A stretch of 64,000 bases of DNA from Antedon mediterranea (GCF_964355755.1 NC_092679.1:3068201-3132200), one strand, 5' to 3'; counted from the stretch's first letter, positions 22,590-36,277 are shown. Numbers and translations: made by a program. Notes: generated by a model from the sequence alone, not told the origin.

Positions 22590-23298
22590 TTTTAGCCTAT
22601 ACTTGATGAAATGAACGAAGTTTTCGGTTTTCTCTATTATGCAATCTTATATTTTGTTTGGTTATAAATTAAAGATTGGTTTCTTCGTTGACCGTACTTG
22701 CCATTTTTTAAAATAGTTTGTGAACCAATTGAAGGCAATCCAAAGATCTTACATAAGCCGACTTAATATCACCTCTCTGAATAAATCCCAGTCTATCCAT
22801 GGATTAATGAATATTCATTAATCAATCCGAGTTATTGTTACCATATCACAATGCACCGTTCGAAATACGTTGTGCCCAAAAGGATTTCAAATCACGTGAT
22901 CAATTGAAAGAGAACTTTACGAAATGTATGTTTTAGTGCGAATTCTAGACGGCGATTCGCTTAATATTGGCATACATATGGCGTTTCATAAGGCAAAAAT
23001 CGAAACACCAACTGGTGCTCACGGGTACTGCTGTGAATTTCCTGTGAAGGATGGAATAAAGTTTATCTGTATCTGGTCGACTAACATAAAAGATGACATT
23101 ATAAGACTAATTTGTGTTCATTTGTTAACATCCTTCTTTCTGTTTTATCTAACAATATACTAATCAAATCCCGGGATTCATAAATTTTTTCATTAATCGT
23201 ATCGATTTATTTGAACTAATAGGCTTACTATAGGCCTGCAAAACACAAGTTAAACCCATAACATTGAATATGAATTATATTTTATTATTTTAATCACG

Positions 23299-24189
23299 TT
23301 ATAAACTATTGTCCGACCAGTTATTTTGTGATCTGTTCCCGCCTTGTAAACGTTCCAAATACATAGTGTCACTTCGTTGTTCATTATCACTGTCTTCCCC
23401 TATCTCGAGCTGAGAATATCCTCTCTTGTGTCCGAAGGTGAACTTCATTGCTATTGCCACGATCAAATACAACATCACCACTGATATAACATTTCCAATA
23501 CAATGCCAGGCGAAAATCATTGTAAAGAATTTCACACTTTGGTCGTCTGGTTTCCATTGGAATCGCCCGGTTCGTATCGGATACAATGCGCAGCCAACCT
23601 GAATCAACCAAGTACCATTTACAAACGTAGCCCACATTCTCATAAAAGGTAAGAACTTGTCCTTTTTCATCCATATCTCCATTCCCGAAAATAATACACA
23701 CAGTAAGATAGCAATTAACAATAAAACATGCAGTTTTGTGTTGAGTACATCGCGGTCTTTTAAGTGGTTTAGAAACACGATACTCTGAATGAAAAAAGAA
23801 AATGTCCTGAAAACTGGTATCCATGGTTTTAGATTGACGCAGCAGCACGCGGCCAGGATCTTAACCAATCCAAAGATCCAGAATGCCACCCAGATTGTAC
23901 AATGTTGCCATACATTAGCCTCTATAAAGTTTCCTTCCTCGTCAAACATCTTCCAGCGCGTGTAAGGGTACATATTTTCCGCTATGAACCCAAATGCTGT
24001 ACACAGACAAATTATGATACCTTCAAGTGGTATACGCCGACACAGCCTGAGAGGTCTTGACGGTACTCCAGCCCTTCCATCCCGTTCATACTTGTTTCGT
24101 AAGGTGTTGAACGATAATTGGAGCACCCACCAAGATGCCCAGATTAGAAAGAAAAACCCAGAGCCTACGTGGCCTAGCCAATTGCCCAT
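23299..24189 (-). CDS. TMEM45: TMEM45B-like (DUF716) membrane protein, tandem paralog, intronless CDS
   Basis: MGNWLGHVGSGFFFL..WW, PLEG, WQHCTI, GTWLIQVG..LYP, FAWHC. Confidence 0.88.
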   Translation of the reverse strand: MGNWLGHVGSGFFFLIWASWWVLQLSFNTLRNKYERDGRAGVPSRPLRLCRRIPLEGIIICLCTAFGFIAENMYPYTRWKMFDEEGNFIEANVWQHCTIWVAFWIFGLVKILAACCCVNLKPWIPVFRTFSFFIQSIVFLNHLKDRDVLNTKLHVLLLIAILLCVLFSGMEIWMKKDKFLPFMRMWATFVNGTWLIQVGCALYPIRTGRFQWKPDDQSVKFFTMIFAWHCIGNVISVVMLYLIVAIAMKFTFGHKRGYSQLEIGEDSDNEQRSDTMYLERLQGGNRSQNNWSDNSL

Positions 24190-24798
24190 TGTAGTACATC
24201 AATTCCTGTTAGAAACAACAAATCATAGTAATACTACATGAAAGTAGTCACCAAAAGTCCAAACTTTGTCATTTTTTTATAGACCGGCTCTTAAAAATTC
24301 TTTAAAAAGTGTGTATCGACCCTCGATACACACTGTACTAACAATAGTGGACTTTGAAACATGCCGAAAGTTTCATGTAACGAGTGTTGGCAAATTCCCT
24401 TTTGTACTTTTGTGATAAGGCATGTATGATTAACACTTCTGCTGATTGACAAAATGAATGTTTATCCCCGGATCGAGGTTTACTTACTGGTTCGGCTTGA
24501 CTGGCTTTGTTTTACTTCTGGCATGAAACGGTGCCCGCCGAGTCAATGATAGACTTTGAAGCTATCTTTGTTTGAAGGCACAATCGACGTTCCATATCAT
24601 CGACATTCTGTTTGTTTGAACGTTGAGGGCAGGAAAACAAATAGCAACAACCTAATTTTTCTGTCTTAAAAATAACCAAGTAAAAGTAGGAATTATTATA
24701 AAACTACTACTACTTTTTTGTAAAACAAACTAATCGCTAATGTAGAATATGCATTTACTCTAGTTGAAGATAAATAAGCGTTACATAATAAAAAAAAA

Positions 24799-27700
24799 AT
24801 GTCTTCAACGACAACATCAAAGGCTAAGCCTTCGGGTTCAGGAGCAGCAACAGCAGTAAGCCCGACTTCAACGGCCTCTGCAGAGTCCCCAAGGCCAAAA
24901 AATGTTACACCAAGGTAAGCCTAGCTTCTTTGCAGTTAAATACATTTTATTTTTGTGTAAAGAATTATAACACTGATGTAATTACACTTTACAGTCACAT
25001 TATTAAAGACTCCTTCTTGTCACTGACTGTGAAATAGGCCTATAAATTAATAATAATAGGCCTATAAGCCTAATATTATTAATAAATATAAAAAATCCCA
25101 GAATTATTGATAATTGTATTGTATTGATGATTAAATAAATGTGAATGTTTCTATTTTCACAGCAGCGGCAAGACTGGCCCTAGTGATGGTTCTGATAAAT
25201 GGTTAAATGCCCATTATGATCCTGTTGCAAGTCTCTATACATTCACAACGTGCATGTGTGAGTAATGAAGACGGCAATGTTGTGTGTAATTTTAATGATT
25301 TTTGCACAATTTGTCTCGGCTGCCTACTAGAGAGTTGGAGGGAGTATTAATTTATTAATGTGCCCAAATACGGAAGTGATCATCGTCATCATCATCACAT
25401 AAAGTTTGATAGTGTAGACAGAGCTTTATTGTCAGTTTTTTTTATTGAAGAAAAAATAATATTCTATGTTATTTTGAATTAATTCATAGGTCTGTCGGAC
25501 ATCAATGGAGATGGTGAAAACAAGCTAATAGTTGCTGACTTAGGAACAGGATCGTATGATATGAAATTGAAAGTCTACCGTGGAACAACATTGATGAATG
25601 AGAACACGATAATTGACTTACCAACAGGCGTCTGTGCTTTTCACATGGATAACAATGAACATAGAGTGCCAGGTAGGATAGGTCTTGTCTCTTGAGACGT
25701 GAGAGTGCGATCTCTCACCTAACACACTCCTAAAATGCCTTTTGGAAGTTTGATTTACAGCACACTTAAATTTGGTAAACTTCACACCAACCAACACCAA
25801 CTAAACACCTACAATACAGCACCCTTGAATGTATTGAGAGGAGTGCAATTTGTGGCACACCTGCACAAGGCCTTGTAGGAGGTTTTATCCTCCATAATAT
25901 TAACAGTCCATCCCATCTTTTAAAAGCTTTTTAGAAATCATACTGACATACATAAATTATATATTCAGACTCTGTTGAATAACTCCTGTCACTCTTGAAT
26001 TGATAACATTGGAACAATGTTTAAAAATTAAATATTAAATATTCTTATTTTAACAACAAAAATATTATTATTATACTATTTTTCAGCTATTGTTGCAGCC
26101 TCTGGTCCCTTCATATATGTGTACAAAAACCTACGTCCTTACTTTAAATTTACACTACCCCCTTTGGAAGTGAACCCCATCGAGAAGGACCTCTGGAACC
26201 AAGTAAAAGAGGTAAGAATGCTTAAGAGAGAGGGCCACTACTTTAAAATTGGGAATTATAACATCATCACAGAGAGACACATTCACTTGAATTGAACCCA
26301 AGACCTTAGGAATGGTAGACAGGAAAGTTAAACCCATGTTACACAGTCACACTAATGTACTGTAATTACAGTAGTTACAATAATATAATTTGTTTTTATT
26401 ATTTTAGGATAAGATTGATGTAGTCATACTTCAAGAAATGTTGGAGGGTATTCAGCGAGAGTCCAACGAGGGCGCTCTAACAGTTCGTTCTTTAAGGTAA
26501 CATGTGTATTGACATTTTATTATTTACTTTCTAAGTATATTATTACTAGAAGACTGTATAATAATTGTTATTATTGTTATTGATGCTGATGCTTTGTATG
26601 TTATGTATGGTTCTATGCTGAAATAAAAGATTATTGATTGATTGTTTTTTTTTTTATAGATTTTTGATGATTCCAGATAAGGAACAAAAAATGGATTTTG
26701 CAAATCTCTATAAAAATACTCCACTTAAAAGACAGGTGAGCTTATTGACATAATATTCTGACCCCATGAAGTGACTGGTGACATATTTAATGGCTGATTT
26801 TTCACTACTGTGTTTTTTATTACTCTAGACTGTCATTACATGTCTTGGCACACTCCGGAAAACAAGTGCTGATGACGATGCCATAAGCTGCCTTGTTATT
26901 GGTACAGAGTGTAGAGAAATTTACATACTTGACCCCGAAGCATTTACCGTTCTTTCTAAGGTTAGCATCGCGCAAATGAACATCCTGTTCAATAAAGTGA
27001 AACATTAAGACAGTTGTTTAAAAATAAAAAAGCTAGAATTGAAAAAAAACTAGTTTGACAAAAAAAATTGTGATGTACGCAAATAGGGTAGTCATGACAT
27101 GTGCTTAAATATGGTAGGGATATTACATCATCATGTCCATACAATATATGGGCACATCACATTTTTTTGATAGTAAAGTTTGATAGTGCAGACAGAGCTT
27201 AAGTCACAGAAGCTGTAATGATCGGTGCGGCCACATACCAGTGTTTACTCCCTTTTTATAAAATAGAGAAAATATCTGTATATCATAACTTTGTCTGTTT
27301 CCGTTGGTAGATGGACACTCCTAGTGTTCCAGTATTTATGACAATAACCGGTCTGTATGATGTAGAATACCGTATTGTGATGTCATGTCGAAATGGTAAT
27401 GTTTACACACTTAAAAGGTAAATAGTTCATTTATATATATATATTTATTTATTCAAGACTTGATGATATCAAGGATGGAGGTTTTCTGATGAAACGGAAG
27501 AAAAATTACAGTAGTATTGGCTTATGACTTTCGTATTGGCTTATGCCTTTCCTTTGGTCAAGGTGGCCACTGGACGAGAGAAGCCTTTGATCAATGTTAG
27601 GACCGATCAAGATGCTTTAAACAGTCCTGGCTTTGTTTGTATCAAACCTGTTAGTGGCGGTAATTATTGCTGTTGGTTTCGATTGAATAAAATAAAAAAT

Positions 27701-30686
27701 TAAAAAAAAATAAATAGTGGAAAGTTGTTATCGTAAGGTTTAACCATGGAATACAGGTTCTATCCGTCCATGTGTGAAGTTCCGCCCTCAATATAGTTCA
27801 TCCTTGATTCTATACTAATATTGACTGTGAAAATGATATTATTCTCTTCTGTTTAACAAAACATGACTTTCCGTATTATGTTAATGTTAAAGTGTAGGCC
27901 TAAAATGGTCTATAACTAGCTAGGCTTCTATTTTCTATGTTTTGTCAAACTTGAGTTGTGAGAGTACATTTTAAACCTTTCTCTTAGGGGAACCAAGATG
28001 GCAAGGCAGTGCTTTGAGTTAAACTCTCAGCCAGTAGGCCTAGAAAGAGTCGGCAAAAGTATAGTAGTTGGCTGCATGGATAAAACACTGCAGAGTTACA
28101 CTACAAAGGTATAGCACTGTTTGTTTTATTTAAATGAAATTTACAAATATTTATAAAAATCAGTTTATTGTAAACATTACATTCAATTGTTGTTAAACTA
28201 GGGTAAGAAGTTATGGACGGTAGGCCTATGCCTAGCCTAGGTACATTAGTGTACTGTATATTTTAAAATAATTTACGTTTTCATTAAAATGAAATTTATG
28301 AGTATCACTGTTATAATAAAATCAGTTTATTGTAAACATTCAATTCTTGTTAAACTAGGGTAAAAAGTTATGGACGGTATACCTAGCCAGTAGCATCAGT
28401 ACTATGGGGCTGATGGACCATCGACAAAAGGGCTACAAGGCTGTGTTAGTAGGCCTAACAAATAACCAGCTCCAGATCTATCGTGAGAAATACCTTATCA
28501 ATACTATTAACACAGAGGTAAATATAGAACAATAGTTTTCTTTTCAACATACGGTAAATCAAACAGAAAAGTGCTTAAGAGGTTTCACATCATTTGGTAC
28601 TTTATAAATCTGGTCAAAGTCAGTAGAGTCTTTTTGAATTTTCTAATCGTTTCTAATGCCAAGGGTATTTATTTAAATTTTTATTTTATTCTTTAAGGCT
28701 ACAGTAACTGGTGTTCAATTTGGAAGATTTGGACGAGAAGACAACACTCTGATAATGGTCACCAAAGGAGGTGGCATGATCGTAAAGATCTTGAAGAGAA
28801 ACTCCATACTTGATGAGAAGATGTCAATGGCACGAGGACCTCCAGCAGCGCAAGGACAGAAGCTGAACATCCCAAAGAAAACAAAGACGTTTGTTGATCA
28901 GACGTTAAGAGAGAAGGAGAATGGAATTGGTAAATGATTGGTTTATTTTACAGCTAAGAATTTTAGAAGAATTATAGACTTAGGGGAGAAGAAAGTTGTG
29001 GTATGTGTCATCCATACCTGTGCGCAATCCAGTCCAGTAGGTTCAAAGTTGCAGTTCCCCATTTATACTATTAATCGTTTAGTTAGTACTTACTATACTA
29101 AGAGCAAGTAGTTTCTTTTTAAACAGTGATGCATAGGACTTTTCAACATGATCTATATCGCATGAAACTGACGGCCGCCCGAGCCTTCCTGAAGTCACTA
29201 GATAACAGCATGAGTCCAATCTCATCAAATCCTGCAGAACCACTTAAGCTCTCTGCCCAGGTGAATATGCAAATTTTAGCTACTTCATATATTATGCTAA
29301 TTAAGTGATATTAGGATAAGTTTTACATAATCCAATAAATATCTACCGTAATAATTTAAGGTTTAAAAATCCTCTAATCTAAAAGTTTAAACTGCAATTG
29401 CTATATCGACCTCTTCCCTAGTAAAATTATATATTGTGTATATATTTAATAACTATTAATATTTAAGTAAATACTGATGATTTGCATTTACAAATATACA
29501 TACAGTACATTACAAATGTCAGATCAATGTCTAAACAATGTTGATATAGTAAAACATATTTACATTACAATTTTCAGCATACTACAGTAGAAAACTGATC
29601 CTTTGGGGACATTCCTATAAAGGGGACACTTTCGTGTAAAACAAACAAGTGGAACGCTAATACCAACCTCAGAGGACACTTTTTTAGCTCCCTAAAGCGT
29701 TCAACAGTATACCTGTTGTGTGCTAATTTATCTATTTTTTTATACTGTAGGTTCAAGGCATTGGTCCGACCTTTAAACTGAGTGTCAGTCTTCAGAACAC
29801 GTCCATCAACCATCCTTCAATTAACCTATTTATTAGTTTCCTTTTTGACGAGAAACTGTACTCGCTGCAGAAGGCTCTCATACAGGTAACAAACAGTTGT
29901 TTAACAAACAGTTGTTTAAATGTATTTTATTCATTTATTCAACTTCTCACTAAGATATACATTAGGTGTGTGTGACAGCGGCTGTGTGTGATATTTTTTT
30001 TTTTAATTTCAACTTTATTTATAGAGGGTAACCCTTCCAGCTGAACCTGCAGGTCAGCTGATATTCAGGGGCCCTCTTTAAAGTGCAAATGAGTTAGATG
30101 TGGACCTACGACTTATTATTTATTATCCGAGAAGACTCGTTCTACCAACAGAAACATGAAGTGAGTGAGCCTTGAACCCTTGCTGATTTTACGGCTACGT
30201 AATTACGGTGCCACTATCTTAACTGCTCAGCCATTCATTCACTATGTATGTTGCTAGTGCTATTATCATTATTGTAGCACTAACAAAATAAATACTTTTT
30301 TTTCTCTCCGTTTTTTTTTTTTCATCAACGCTTTTTTTTATTTCAATATGACATGAATACAGAAAAGGTTTACATAATAGATAACAAGAGAGAGAGAGAG
30401 ATTTTGTTATTATAGGAATTATATAATAATAGATGGCGTCTTCTCCATGATTTTCTTGTACGATAGTAACTATTTACCTTGAAGTAAAATTTGTTGTTCT
30501 TTTCTTGCCTAGGTACCGATGCTAGTTCCAGGCTTAAACTACAGCTTTGAGACACTAGTTGAATGCTTAAGTGACAAAGGATTGTCAGATGTCATCAAAG
30601 TGTTCGTATTGAAAGAGACTGAGACAGCACCCATCATCACTGCAGTCATCAACATGCCAGTTAGCGAGACGGTGGTTGTTGTCTAG
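24799..30686 (+). CDS. BBS1: Bardet-Biedl syndrome 1 protein (~625 aa, 14 exons)
   Basis: Exons 24799-24914, 25163-25257, 25490-25672, 26087-26211, 26408-26496, 26660-26735, 26829-26960, 27311-27417, 27988-28108, 28359-28517, 28698-28929, 29127-29260, 29751-29885, 30513-30686; motifs [55 protein letters not shown]. Confidence 0.95.
30022..30242 (-). mobile_element. tRNA-derived SINE (second copy)
   Basis: Shares tatccgagaagactcgttctacca...gagtgagcct.gaaccc...ttaac.gctc.gcca with 7542-7832. Confidence 0.75.
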
Positions 30687-31313
30687 TACTTTAAAGCGTG
30701 GTTCCCACTAAGGCGCGACGCAAGGACGCCAACGCAACCCCATGCGTGTTGACCAATGACAAGCAACAGTTAAAAAAAACAACCCTTGCGATTGGTCAAC
30801 TCACTTACGCTATGTTACGTCCTTGTGTTGCGCATCAATTGGGAACCAAGCATTATCAAGATTTTTGGAAAGTGGTCGAGCAACAACACATAGTTTTATG
30901 CTGGTACAAATGTGTGTGTTCAATTAATTCTTTAGTTTTTTATTACTGTACCATAATAGAATTCTGGTTAAAGGACAAATAACTTGTCTAATTTTGTCCT
31001 GTGTGCAAAAGTCTGAATTGGGGGGGTATTTGTGGCTTAAATATTATAAATAGTGTACAGTAAAGAACAGTCCAAGTCAGTTTGTTATTACACAGTATTT
31101 ATTATTATTAAACTACATGTTTAAAATTCTTATCACTTTTTACAGAAATATAAAAAGCCCAGGTCAATGCAGGACTGTACACATACACAATAAAATCACT
31201 GTCCAATTAAAATATTGTAACTATTGTAAACATTTTTATCTTTAATTAAAATATACTGTTAATTATGTCTAATATTTAACTAGAATGAATAAGTACTGAT
31301 TTTGGGTGAGTTA

Positions 31314-31524
31314 AGCTCTGTCTACACTATCAAACTTTATTTGACAAAAAAATGTGGATGTGGACGTGATGATGTCATATCACTACCATATTAGGACATA
31401 TCCATGCATTCATCAGTGGAAAATTACTTCCCATTTATTGTCATTTGCATATAAAATATACAAAAACAGTGATTTGGACACGTCACACTTTTTTGTCGAA
31501 CTAGTTTGATAGTGTAGACAGAGC
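31314..31524. mobile_element. MITE family A
   Basis: agctctgtctacactatcaaact ... agtttgatagtgtagacagagct. Confidence 0.8.
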
Positions 31525-31888
31525 TCAAGGTAGTAGACATAGATAACATTTATATTCTAATACATAACGCTTTTATTTGTAAAGAATCTTGTAAAAGTCA
31601 CCTTGGAAGTCTGTGTAATAAATATATGTACAAATGTAAACCTATTTTTATTCTTTTCACCCTAATTTTTATATACTCCATGAATACTTTTCAGTTTTTA
31701 TTTACAGCCATTAAATAAAATTCAGGATTGGGGTTATGTTTTCACCCCTGTTTGTCCATATACAATATATCTTATGAAATCCAATGGGATAAATTGTATA
31801 CTGTTAGTTGTTGGTCAATATCCTGATGTGATTGGGTAATTGCAATGATGACGAAATGTGGATGCACTCTTTCAGCGCTGTCTTGTTA

Positions 31889-32043
31889 AGCTCTGTCTAC
31901 ACGATCAAACTAGTTTGACAAGTGTGATGTGTCCAAATATAGTAGTGTTATAGCCAAATACGGTAGTGATATGACATCATCGTGTCTATTTATGGACATG
32001 TCCCATTTTTTTTCGCATAAAGTTTGATAGTGTAGACAGAGCT
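31889..32043. mobile_element. MITE family A
   Basis: Family TIRs. Confidence 0.8.
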
Positions 32044-32243
32044 GAAGATTCTATATACTATCCAGAATACGTTAAAAATTACATCTAAAATATTTAAAAT
32101 ATGAAACTACCTTAGTTAAAATTTAATTTAAGAGACTAATAATAAATTATTGAATTCGATTTAACACCTTGCATACAGCTACGAACGTTCCAATGAAATG
32201 CACTTTGGTGTCTCAAATAGGGCTTGTAAAATTCCAAAGGTCA

Positions 32244-35200
32244 TTAAACAGAACTGCCACTATTTTCGTCATTGCTTTGGTGTTCTTCCTCTTGTACTGG
32301 TGCAGCTGAAGAAGAAATACGATCTGGAATGCTATCATCATCCTTTACATCCTTGTCAGATTCACATTTGTCCTGCTCATCTTCTATGTAGCACTCTTCT
32401 TCACTCTGCTGCTCTTGAATGTCTTCAGTTTTATCTTCCTCAATTTTTTTTTCTTCTTCTTCCTCAATTTTATCATCTTCCTCAGTTTCATCTTCTTCTT
32501 CCTCAATTTTATCATCTTCCTCAGTTTTATCTTCTTCCTCAATTTTATCTTCTTCCTGATCGCTACTTTCTTTCTTCTCATCTGAGCAAACTTGAATTAC
32601 AGACGATTGTTCTTCTTCGTCATGTCCAGAATCGTTGTCACTATCTTCATCATTAACTGGCTCTTCTGAAATAACATGCGTCATTTGATCATCATCCAGG
32701 CCATCTCCGTCTTTGGTGTTAGATGCAGCGGACACTTCTTTAGTATCGGCAGAATGGACGTCTTCATCCCTGACTTCTGACTGTTCTTCTTCAACGGTTG
32801 AACGAAGCGAAGATGGAGCTGACGTGACATCCTGTTTAAATGAACCAGTTATGCCATGGTCTCTTACTTGTGAAGGCAATGGTCTATCAGCCTGTTGTGG
32901 AGACTTTCCATACATGTCTTCGTCCTCTTTCTCTTTTTCGATAACGCTATCAAAATCGTTTTCTTCTGTTTCGGAATCAGAATCATCGTCTTTCTGCTCA
33001 AGGTCTTTTGTAGAGTCTTGATCTTCAGTTTCGGGATCTTCCTGTCCCTGTTTCTCACTTCCTTCTTTCACATCAGCGTCTGCTGCATATTGTTTCTTTT
33101 CGTCTTTGTTTATTCCTTCGTTTTCATCATCATTGCCTCCAGGTAATTTGATGTCAAGCCCTAGTAAAACGCTTAAGATATTCAAAACCTCTGGACTTTC
33201 CAACTTACTAAAATAACAAATTAAATGCGTTACAGTTATAAAAAATATATTACAAGATTCTGTTTTGAATTATTCATAAAATAATACCTATAATCCCTCT
33301 TGTTCATCAAAAATTTTATCATTTCGAAATGTATATAACGTAAGCTTTGTCCATAGAGGGATATGATGATGTCATATAACTACCATATTTGGACATATCA
33401 CTACCCCTATTGGGAAAATCAAACTTGTTTTGTTAAAATAATTTAGACGGAGCTTTATAATCCCTTTGGGACACCTATTCGGGAGACACCCCTATTAAGT
33501 TCTACTGTCATATTGAATTTTTAACTCACTTCCCAAGTGATATTGGATCTGTTTTCAGTTGTTCTATTAGCTGTTGATAGGCTTCCTCTTCCATTAGTTT
33601 CTTGGTCCTATCATCATTCCTCAACTTCTCTTCAACTCCGGGCATAGCAAATGGGTTAGCTAACGGTTGGCTTAGCGCAGGACCTTTAAAACAAATTAGG
33701 ATATTGTCCTATCAACCAAAAATATGTATCAAATGCTGGTAAATTAGAATCAGATCTGGAAAATGATAACCGTGACACTTTTCTTTGAATTCATTCGATA
33801 TGTTTGAATATTATTACGTCATGCAGATAAATTATCAAGAGAATAAAAAAATCTCCGAACAAAAGGTTCCTTTAAAATTTTAAGAAAGTTAATTTAGTTT
33901 TTTCGACGCTTTTCTTACTTTTAAGCTTCTGGTTGCAGTTCTCCAACTCCTTCTTCATAGTCTCGTTTTCAGGATCATACTCAAGGCCTTTATTATAAGC
34001 TTCTTTTGCTTGTTCGTACTGCTCCAAGTAAAATAGTGCCGTGCCTTTTCGTGAATAACCCTAATTTGTATAAATAAAATATCATAACATACATGTAGAC
34101 ACATTACAGGATATCTTTCAATCGGCCACCATACTATCAATGAGGCATTCTTTCTCTTTATAGGGTGAAGCTCAGTCTACACTATCAAACTAGTTTGACC
34201 AAAAAGTGTGATGTGCCCAAATATGGTTGTGATATGCCCATATATGGTAGTGATATACCCAAATATGGTAGTGATATGCCCAATAATAGTGATATAACAT
34301 CATCATGTCCATATATGAGTACATCACATTTTTATTGTCACATAAAGTTTGATAGTGTACAGAGCTTCAGCCTTGTTTTACTTTTTAAAATATCAATATA
34401 TTATCGAAAATATCAATATATTATCGAAAATATGGATGTGAAGACAAACTTAGATGCGCTTGTGACGTTAGACAACATTCATTAGCAGACAACTTTTAAG
34501 GTGAAAAAGTAGATCCTACCTTCGCCCAATCAGGATTAAGTTCAATCGTTTTTTCTGCGTCTTTCAATGATAATTGGTACTCCTGCAGATGGGCATGCGT
34601 AGCAGAGCGGTTGCTATACAGGACGTGGTTGTCAGGGTCAAGTTCGATAGCTTGAGTGTAGTACTTGACTGCTTCTTCGTAACGTTCTTCAGATAATGCT
34701 TTGTTGCCCTTCTCCTTCAAATCAATTGCATTTGTAGACTTACGAAAGGTCTAGAAATAAACAAAGAAAGAATCACAATCACAAATGACAGGGATAAATT
34801 TCCCGCTCCCCGGATCAAGATCGGCCAACATAGAATTGGTTCATGAAGGTAAATATACTTCCTGTTATCAATTCCGATTTGACCGGAATCCGATTTATTC
34901 GGAATCCCGACCTCACATGCGTATATTTTACTCAGTGTTATTGACGCAACGCAGCGACGTAAGCAACGCAAGTGAGTTGACCAAGTTATTTGGTTCCCTG
35001 ATATCCATTTAACTAACTAACTAAAGCTTGGTTCCCACTAGAACGTAACGCAAGGATGTAAACGCAAAGCAAGCGTTTTAACCAATGACAAGCGAAGTTA
35101 TAGACAGTTAGCAATCACAAGCGAATAAGCCATCGCTTGTGATTGGTCAATTCACTTGCGTTGCGTTGCGTCCTTGTGTTGCGTCCTAGTGGGAATTGAA

Positions 35201-35440
35201 CCGCGCTTAATTAATGAACTAACTTCATGCTTATTATGTGCGCTACCATATGACACCATTTTCCAAATAGGCCATCGTCAATGGCCTATTTGGCATCGAT
35301 CAATATTGACGAAACAGCCCAACATCGAAATAAATAAACAATCATGAAAAGGTTAAAACCAGATTTTTAAAGATTTAGGCCTATACCTCTTGTTGTGTTG
35401 ATACGCCTTCTGTCTCCATGGAGCTAGCTTCAGCCATCAT
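32244..35440 (-). CDS. STIP1/Hop-like protein: TPR1 + DP1 + long acidic tail, lacking TPR2A/TPR2B/DP2 (~514 aa)
   Basis: Exons 35440-35387, 34750-34520, 34060-33919, 33683-33530, 33207-32244, all phase-consistent; LKEKGNKAL...DPDNHVLYSNRSA...PDWAKGYSRKG, NPFAMP..EKL..D.RT, LSVLLGLDI, then ~300 aa rich in D/E. Confidence 0.85.
34169..34366. mobile_element. MITE family A
   Basis: Family TIRs and internal 21-bp repeats. Confidence 0.8.
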
Positions 35441-36277
35441 TAAAATACTAAAAGTTAGTCTGTTAAAGGACAATATAACTCGAAATGTCGACAGAAACAC
35501 AGCCTAAGCTTCTCAGCAGTATATGAATGTTATTTTTGTTGTTTTGGTTTTCCCCATAATATCAATAATTCCAAGTAACGCTATTTGCATAACAAACATT
35601 CATGAATACAGTTATATACATGTAATAAAGCGTAAGTTCACAAGCTTTGAGGCTTAATGAAATAATAATTTATTGTGGATTCGTTTTCAAGAGAATAAGC
35701 ACTGAGATACCACGGTACATCTCATTAGGCCTACAAAAGAAATTATTATTTTAAAAACTTATTGATGCGCTTATGATGAATAATTTAGAAAATAAAGAAA
35801 ATTACCTATTTTAATTTAAAACATTCATCATCAACAAATAGGTCATCGCCGATGGATACTAAACACTCTTTGTGATTGGTCATCTCCCTTACGTTGATGC
35901 ACTGCGTCCATTAATGGGAACGAAGGCTTATGGGCAAAATTCAGTAATATGCTATGTAATTTTGTCGAAAATATGGATACTAGTAGAGGTTTATTATAAG
36001 CAAATGACAAAATTCCAAAAACAATTTATTTATTACGATAGAGGCCAATTTGAAAGAACCACTGTAATTTTGTATATTAGTTTTAGTAAAGGTAAATCAT
36101 TTATTTTTTGTGAAAATGTTGTAATTAGTTCCATCTAAATCGCTCCATTCTCCTCTCTTTACTCAAAACACCACGCGTGGCGCGCACGCACAATCGCACA
36201 ATTCGCGTAAGTATGGACTGCGCATGCCTATAGGTGGCAGACCGCACATCATATCAGCAGCAGAAGACACATTCAAT

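Noticed and set aside
23387-23848. 153-aa overlapping ORF inside the TMEM45-like gene
   Set aside because: Alternative frame with a non-ATG start and no recognisable motif
32198-33146. Antisense and alternative-frame ORFs (PQFYLL and Lys-rich repeats)
   Set aside because: Shadows of the low-complexity acidic exon of the STIP1-like gene
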